A stretch of 57,949 nucleotides of DNA from a virus, in the IMG/VR virus record IMGVR_UViG_3300045391_002368, positions 1 through 57,949 of that record; one strand, given 5' to 3'. Below are positions 53,383-57,949 of this stretch, one piece after another. The notes below the pieces were generated by a model. The model was not told where the DNA came from, searched no databases, and was given only the letters and a program-made list of their open reading frames with translations. The position numbers were made by a program, and so were the translations under genes. Numbering within the stretch: the stretch's first letter is position 1; each line of letters opens with the position of its first letter.

Positions 53383-53733
53383 TTACGGCTCGAATACACG
53401 CTTGCCTGGAACAGGGCGGATCTGGAGGTGTACCCATCCCTTTGTCTTCGCTGGAGATTCCATCCAGAGGCCACACTTCTCTAGGAGGGACAGGTTGCGA
53501 ATACAGTAATCCGCCAGCTTTCCCTCTCCGTCAGCAAAATCGCATGCTTCGCACGTGAGATGTGCAGAATGGGGGGCTCCGCCTGCCTTCGTATTGTACT
53601 TCCCTGGACGATATCCCGAGGTTACGAACATAGGCTTCCCGTAGATCGTACGGAACCTATTGAGGGAGGCCAGAAGACGTACTAGGTTGGCCTCTAACTC
53701 TGGGGTTAGTGGGTACTCTGAATCCCGTCCCAT
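53383..53733 (-). CDS. Peptidase M15-family peptidoglycan hydrolase (endolysin or virion-associated).
   Basis: SGYRPGKYNTKAGGAPHSAHLTCEACDF ... GWVHLQ, giving a His/Asp/His zinc-ligand pattern. Confidence 0.75.
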   Translation of the reverse strand: MGRDSEYPLTPELEANLVRLLASLNRFRTIYGKPMFVTSGYRPGKYNTKAGGAPHSAHLTCEACDFADGEGKLADYCIRNLSLLEKCGLWMESPAKTKGWVHLQIRPVPGKRVFEP

Positions 53734-53753
53734 GAGGACTTCGGCTCTGCTAA

Positions 53754-55784
53754 TCACGCTACTACTCCTGGTGCTGGCGGGATACCCGTATCGGGGGCTC
53801 CGGGGGTGACTGGGCCTGCTTCTGGCTGGGGAACAGGAGCTGCCTGGGCAGTTCCGGCCTTCTCCGAGGCTGCCAGCTGCGCTCTCTCCTCGATATGGCG
53901 CTCGCACAAGGCCTGCATCTCGTCAGGCAGGGACTCGAATTCCTGAGTCATGAAGTAGCGCATAGCGAAGGCGATCATATTCTCGTGGTCACGGTACTTC
54001 TTCGGCGGAATGTAGAGGCCTGTAGCCACCATGGCATCGAAGATCTCCTTCTGACGGGTGTCCGCCAGGTCGAGCTCGTCGTACATCCCCTCCAGCTCAT
54101 TGAGCTTCATGAGCTTCATGGAGGTACGGGCAGGAACCCCCGCCTTCTCGAACATCGGCTGGAGGGTAATGATCTCCTGCCGGCGTGTCATCGGGTCGAG
54201 AGAGAGGGAAACGCCATACTCGCCTACCACATCATAACCCCCATCAATATCCGTACCCCGAATATCGATAGCCTCCAGCGCTTTCTCCTTACCGATGACG
54301 TGGATGGTTCGGGTAGTCGTCCAATGCTTCCGAACGAGGTTGAGAATGCCCCGATATATAGATTCCACCACAAGTACATACTTATTGAAGAGCCTCCGGC
54401 GGATCATGTTTCCCTGGTTGGTAGCGAACTGCATCGCTGCCATGGCCTGTTCCCGGCTCTGCTGTCCGAACATGGACTCATTCACACCAGAAACATCATT
54501 GATCCCATTGACGTGGTTGGTACGCAGCGCTGTCATGTCTGGCATGAGCTGCGGGGGTTGCATGAAGTAGGGCGGCTGATTGCCGCTGATCTTCGTAACA
54601 TCCCACGGAGAGTTGGATAGTCCGTCGTCAGCGATGTCCGCACTCTCTGGAATGACCAGTCTCGCAACTCCGTGTGCCTGGACGTTATCCATCGTCGCAG
54701 AGTCGAGCCTATTGAGGTTTTCCTGGAGCTGCGCAGCATACTCCACGAAGGAACGGCCCCAGACCATGTTCGGAACATCGATATCTGTAAGAATATGATA
54801 GGGAAGTTGCGCTCTCTCCGGGAGGCGCTCGATCATCCGCTCCTTCACCTCATCGGGAAGGTCCATTGCCTCGATGCGAGCGATGGCTCCGGCACCACGG
54901 AAGCGGAAGGGAGAGGGCCTACAGGGCTCGACCACGTCACCGTCGACCGTGGTGATGCAGTAGCGGCCTAGATATCCGTTAGTGGGAAGGCCAGTTTCCC
55001 AGTACTCCAGGAGTTCGACGCAATTGTAGTGATCATCCTGGAGCTGCGTAGCCCGGCCACGGGTAGCAGGCGTGGTCTTTCTCTCGATACGGGCCTTCTT
55101 CAGTAGATCCTGCTTGGTAGGCCAGCGCAGACACGCTTCCTCGTAGTCGATGTAGACCCGCTCGATTATCTTGCGGACGGTATCCGCACTCTTCGCATCC
55201 GGGTCGAGATAGAGATTCCAGATGAAGGGGGTCTCTACAGCGATGTCGCCTTCGAGAATGACCTCACCGGTCTTCTCCTCGTGGCGGATGATGTCGCCCT
55301 TACCTGCATCCCAGATCGTCTTGATAACGCCAGTACCGTAGAGGAGAGTCATCAGTGAGAGCTGATCGATCTTCTCTTGCATATTATAGTGACGGATGGA
55401 ATAGCGAACAATCTTGTCTGCAGCCTCAGCCTTCCTGTGGTCTTCCTGGTCGGAAGTAGTCGGCCGCATCACCACAGACGGGGGGTTACTGCTCATCTGT
55501 GCGTGGATGAAGCGGAAATTCTTGAACGTGTAGGCAATGTTCACGTCGGCATTCGAGCCGTCGATTCCGGGAAGGCCGATATTGAAGTTGGACTCCAGAG
55601 AGGTCTGGAGATAGCTCATGTTCTGTGTGGAATTAGTGGAATAGACCGACTTTTCGTTGCGGATCCACTTTTCTTCCTGGTATATCCGGGCCTCTTCCGC
55701 ATAGCGGAACATCTCCGAGACCTTCTTCTTCGTCTCAGCGTCCGACCAGGCATGTGCTCTGATACCGGTTTCCATCTCGCTCAC
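53754..55784 (-). CDS. Portal protein.
   Basis: 676-aa ORF, separated from terL only by two small ORFs (56069..56209 and 55781..56065). Size and position are typical for a portal. Confidence 0.7.
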   Translation of the reverse strand: MSEMETGIRAHAWSDAETKKKVSEMFRYAEEARIYQEEKWIRNEKSVYSTNSTQNMSYLQTSLESNFNIGLPGIDGSNADVNIAYTFKNFRFIHAQMSSNPPSVVMRPTTSDQEDHRKAEAADKIVRYSIRHYNMQEKIDQLSLMTLLYGTGVIKTIWDAGKGDIIRHEEKTGEVILEGDIAVETPFIWNLYLDPDAKSADTVRKIIERVYIDYEEACLRWPTKQDLLKKARIERKTTPATRGRATQLQDDHYNCVELLEYWETGLPTNGYLGRYCITTVDGDVVEPCRPSPFRFRGAGAIARIEAMDLPDEVKERMIERLPERAQLPYHILTDIDVPNMVWGRSFVEYAAQLQENLNRLDSATMDNVQAHGVARLVIPESADIADDGLSNSPWDVTKISGNQPPYFMQPPQLMPDMTALRTNHVNGINDVSGVNESMFGQQSREQAMAAMQFATNQGNMIRRRLFNKYVLVVESIYRGILNLVRKHWTTTRTIHVIGKEKALEAIDIRGTDIDGGYDVVGEYGVSLSLDPMTRRQEIITLQPMFEKAGVPARTSMKLMKLNELEGMYDELDLADTRQKEIFDAMVATGLYIPPKKYRDHENMIAFAMRYFMTQEFESLPDEMQALCERHIEERAQLAASEKAGTAQAAPVPQPEAGPVTPGAPDTGIPPAPGVVA

Positions 55785-56065
55785 CCTTCCGAGGAGACCT
55801 TGTGGTAGCCATACTTAGCCATCACAGGTTCGATCATTGCTAGGAGATTGTCTATTCTCTTATTCTTACCACGTTTCTGGACTAGATTCTTGTACAATCT
55901 ATTTATCATGACCCATTCGACGTTCGAGTTGTGTCCACTGTCTATACAGTCGAGAGCATCCCTGACCCGATCTTCCACGGACATAGGTGCGACCTCCGGT
56001 TGCTGCGGCACTGGAGCCCGCTCTGCGGGCATGCCGATATCCAGCATTACACGAATAGAACCCAT
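55781..56065 (-). CDS. Hypothetical protein (94 aa).
   Basis: GAAGGAGA RBS. ATGA overlap with the portal start. Confidence 0.5.
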   Translation of the reverse strand: MGSIRVMLDIGMPAERAPVPQQPEVAPMSVEDRVRDALDCIDSGHNSNVEWVMINRLYKNLVQKRGKNKRIDNLLAMIEPVMAKYGYHKVSSEG

Positions 56066-56068
56066 GAC

Positions 56069-56209
56069 TTATGGTCTCCTTCTTCCCAGACGCCATTGCT
56101 CCAGAAGAATACGACGGTTACGTAGACGTTCCTGACGGATACCCATGTAGAGTATCCCATTGATAGGAATGAGAATTGTCAGTAGATAGAGAATAGCAGC
56201 AGCAATCAC
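56069..56209 (-). CDS. 46-aa membrane peptide between terL and the portal-proximal genes.
   Basis: The GTG overlaps the terL stop (GTGA). Sequence: VIAAAILYLLTILIPINGILYMGIRQERLRNRR... Confidence 0.3.
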   Translation of the reverse strand: MIAAAILYLLTILIPINGILYMGIRQERLRNRRILLEQWRLGRRRP

Positions 56210-57654
56210 GAGACGTGCCTCTTCCGTTGGATACGTATGCGCCTCTTCTCGGACTTCGAGCGGGCCTTCTCGACAGACTGCTTGCGTTCCTCGTTGGCCT
56301 TCCACAGCCAGTCCTGCCAGGAGCTGGCCTGGATTCGCTTCTCTGCCTTCGGGATATTGTCGCAGAAATACTGGGCAGAATCGAGGAGATGGTATGAACT
56401 AGCGTTGACTATCTTTCCCTCTGCCTGATTACTCCAGCGGCACTCCTGGAATTCCTCGATGAGCTGCTCGCAGTGGGGGGCAACGAATACCTGCTTACCC
56501 ATCTTCTCCTGGAGCTGCTTGATCAGCTCTGCCTTGCGCTCGCTCTTCCGATGTACCCCTATATAGGAGAGGCCCATGGATGCTGCGGTCTGGATGTACC
56601 AGACCTCGTGGGGATCCGAGATACGGCGTACGATATTGTAGCGGGAGGTCTTCTCCCGGATTGCTTGCACGAGTTCTGTCGGAACGTAGATGCCCCGTAC
56701 CTTCTCTGCATGGATGCAGTACCATTGCCCGCTGGCGGGGTCCTCTGCCCAGACAGTCAGACCGAGGGCCGATTTGAGAGCTGGGTCTACAGCTTCGACG
56801 TGCCTCCACAGGGGAGAGTAGTTGTCGGGCATGCGCACCATCTGCGCATAGTGGAAGTAGTAGACCTGGTCATCCGAGGACATCCACTCGCCCTCGAAGA
56901 TCGCCTTCTGCACATGATCCGGAAGCTGCGAATATCGGGCTAGGAGTTCTGCCTTACGCTGTGCATCGCCGTAGAGCGGGTTGTCTAGCATGTGGAAACG
57001 GTAGACCTTACCCTCGGGTTCCGAGAGGGAGTCTACGTATCTCTGGATCTCCGCACTCACGACAGTCGGAGTGAAGGAGGCTAGGAAGTAGCCATTGCGG
57101 GCCTGTACCCGAACGAGAAGTTCTCGGACTAGCTCGATGGTCGGTGGCAGCTCGTCGATCCACACGAGGTGGGCCACGTACGACATGAGCCTCTCACGGG
57201 CTATGTTCGGGTTTTCCAGAGACTGGAAGACTACCCGATTCCCGTTGGTTAGCTCTAGCCGCTGTATGATATTCCCGATCCGGACCTCCTTGTAGGTCCC
57301 AGGCTCTAGGAAGGAGCGGATCTTCGGGAGGAGCGAGTCCTCGATCTGCTTACCGGTACGGCCTGCCACGATGATCAGGAGGGGCTCTTCTCCCCAGGTT
57401 TCCGGACGTCCCCAGACAGGATGTGTATCGGTCAGTACCCAGGTGACGATGCGAGCACAGGTCTGGCTCTTTCCCGACTGGTTACCGGCCCTAATCCACT
57501 GCTGCTTGATGTTCGAGAAATCGTCGAAGACTTCCTGCTGCTTCGCTGTGGGCTTCGACTCTAGATTGGAAGGGTCGAAGGCCTCTCGCCGTCGGAGGAT
57601 ATCGAGACGGCGGAGGGCAGCAGCTACTAGCTTCTGACTGTCTGACGACGACAT
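56206..57654 (-). CDS. terL: Terminase large subunit.
   Basis: RAGNQSGKSQ (Walker A-like) and HLVWIDELP (Walker B). 482 aa. Confidence 0.85.
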   Translation of the reverse strand: MSSSDSQKLVAAALRRLDILRRREAFDPSNLESKPTAKQQEVFDDFSNIKQQWIRAGNQSGKSQTCARIVTWVLTDTHPVWGRPETWGEEPLLIIVAGRTGKQIEDSLLPKIRSFLEPGTYKEVRIGNIIQRLELTNGNRVVFQSLENPNIARERLMSYVAHLVWIDELPPTIELVRELLVRVQARNGYFLASFTPTVVSAEIQRYVDSLSEPEGKVYRFHMLDNPLYGDAQRKAELLARYSQLPDHVQKAIFEGEWMSSDDQVYYFHYAQMVRMPDNYSPLWRHVEAVDPALKSALGLTVWAEDPASGQWYCIHAEKVRGIYVPTELVQAIREKTSRYNIVRRISDPHEVWYIQTAASMGLSYIGVHRKSERKAELIKQLQEKMGKQVFVAPHCEQLIEEFQECRWSNQAEGKIVNASSYHLLDSAQYFCDNIPKAEKRIQASSWQDWLWKANEERKQSVEKARSKSEKRRIRIQRKRHVS

Positions 57655-57660
57655 GGGAGA

Positions 57661-57949
57661 TCAGAGGGGCTGGAGGACTTCACAGGAAACGACAGTTGCA
57701 GCATCTCCTGAACCAGTCGTGAGGACGATACGGCCCCTATTGAGAAGCGGCATGTAGGTCCAGTCACTGGAATCAGTTGCCAGAAGCTTGATGTACACAG
57801 CTCCGTTACCAGCTACAGAAGCAGTCTTATTGTCGACCCAGTCGGAGCCGATAGCCGTCTGGAGCTTTGCCGTGATGGCAGTGCTCACTGTGACTCCACT
57901 GAACTTGACCTTGATCATCATCCCCTGGACCGCCCCACCGGCAGTGACC
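57661..57949 (-). CDS. 3' part of the junction-spanning 124-aa gene. The ORF is open to the window end.
   Basis: See feature 1..156. The ORF-track start at 57921 is internal to this gene. Confidence 0.6.
   Translation of the reverse strand, partial: VTAGGAVQGMMIKVKFSGVTVSTAITAKLQTAIGSDWVDNKTASVAGNGAVYIKLLATDSSDWTYMPLLNRGRIVLTTGSGDAATVVSCEVLQPL
57880..57949. repeat. Terminal overlap, copy 2 (identical to nt 1-70).
   Basis: Direct comparison. Confidence 0.95.

Overview
The window is a complete, circularly closed genome of a tailed dsDNA phage. The first 70 nt equal the last 70 nt, giving a unit length of 57,879 bp. The organisation is podovirus-like. I found no integrase, tRNA, rRNA, CRISPR array, reverse transcriptase or phage RNA polymerase.

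There are two opposed gene blocks.
- **Rightward early/DNA-metabolism block (~7.6-27.0 kb):** UNG, a signal-peptide ClpP-fold protease, a Cas4-like nuclease, family-A DNA polymerase, a RuvC-like resolvase, MazG, ribonucleotide reductase, ThyX, an XPD/DinG-like Fe-S helicase, a second dNTP pyrophosphohydrolase and an SLT transglycosylase.
- **Leftward packaging/virion block:** it starts at ~5.1 kb, crosses the circular junction and ends at ~27.0 kb. It encodes a TerS-like protein, three beta-sandwich paralogues, TerL, portal, an M15 peptidase, scaffold, major capsid, two repeat-rich fibres, a lipoprotein, an adaptor, a 1732-aa tail/nozzle protein, Gln-rich proteins and a 1103-aa internal protein.

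The most unusual content is as follows.
1. A 1.9-kb coding-poor, hairpin-dense block (5134-7042) surrounds a free-standing HNH-like gene. It contains tandem covarying hairpins, GGTA repeat clusters and a small opposite-strand membrane ORF.
2. Several ghost gene fragments mark recombination or homing scars: a MazG 3' end present in about three diverged copies around a decayed HNH gene, and a helicase 5' ghost flanked by 13-bp direct repeats.
3. There are four intact HNH-type genes, two of them clearly low in GC.
4. Several envelope-targeted proteins are encoded: a secreted ClpP-fold protease, an OMP-like protein and a 300-aa lipoprotein next to the fibre genes.
5. Peptidoglycan hydrolase genes are dispersed rather than clustered.

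Functional calls rest on motifs I could read in the translations. No database search was possible.
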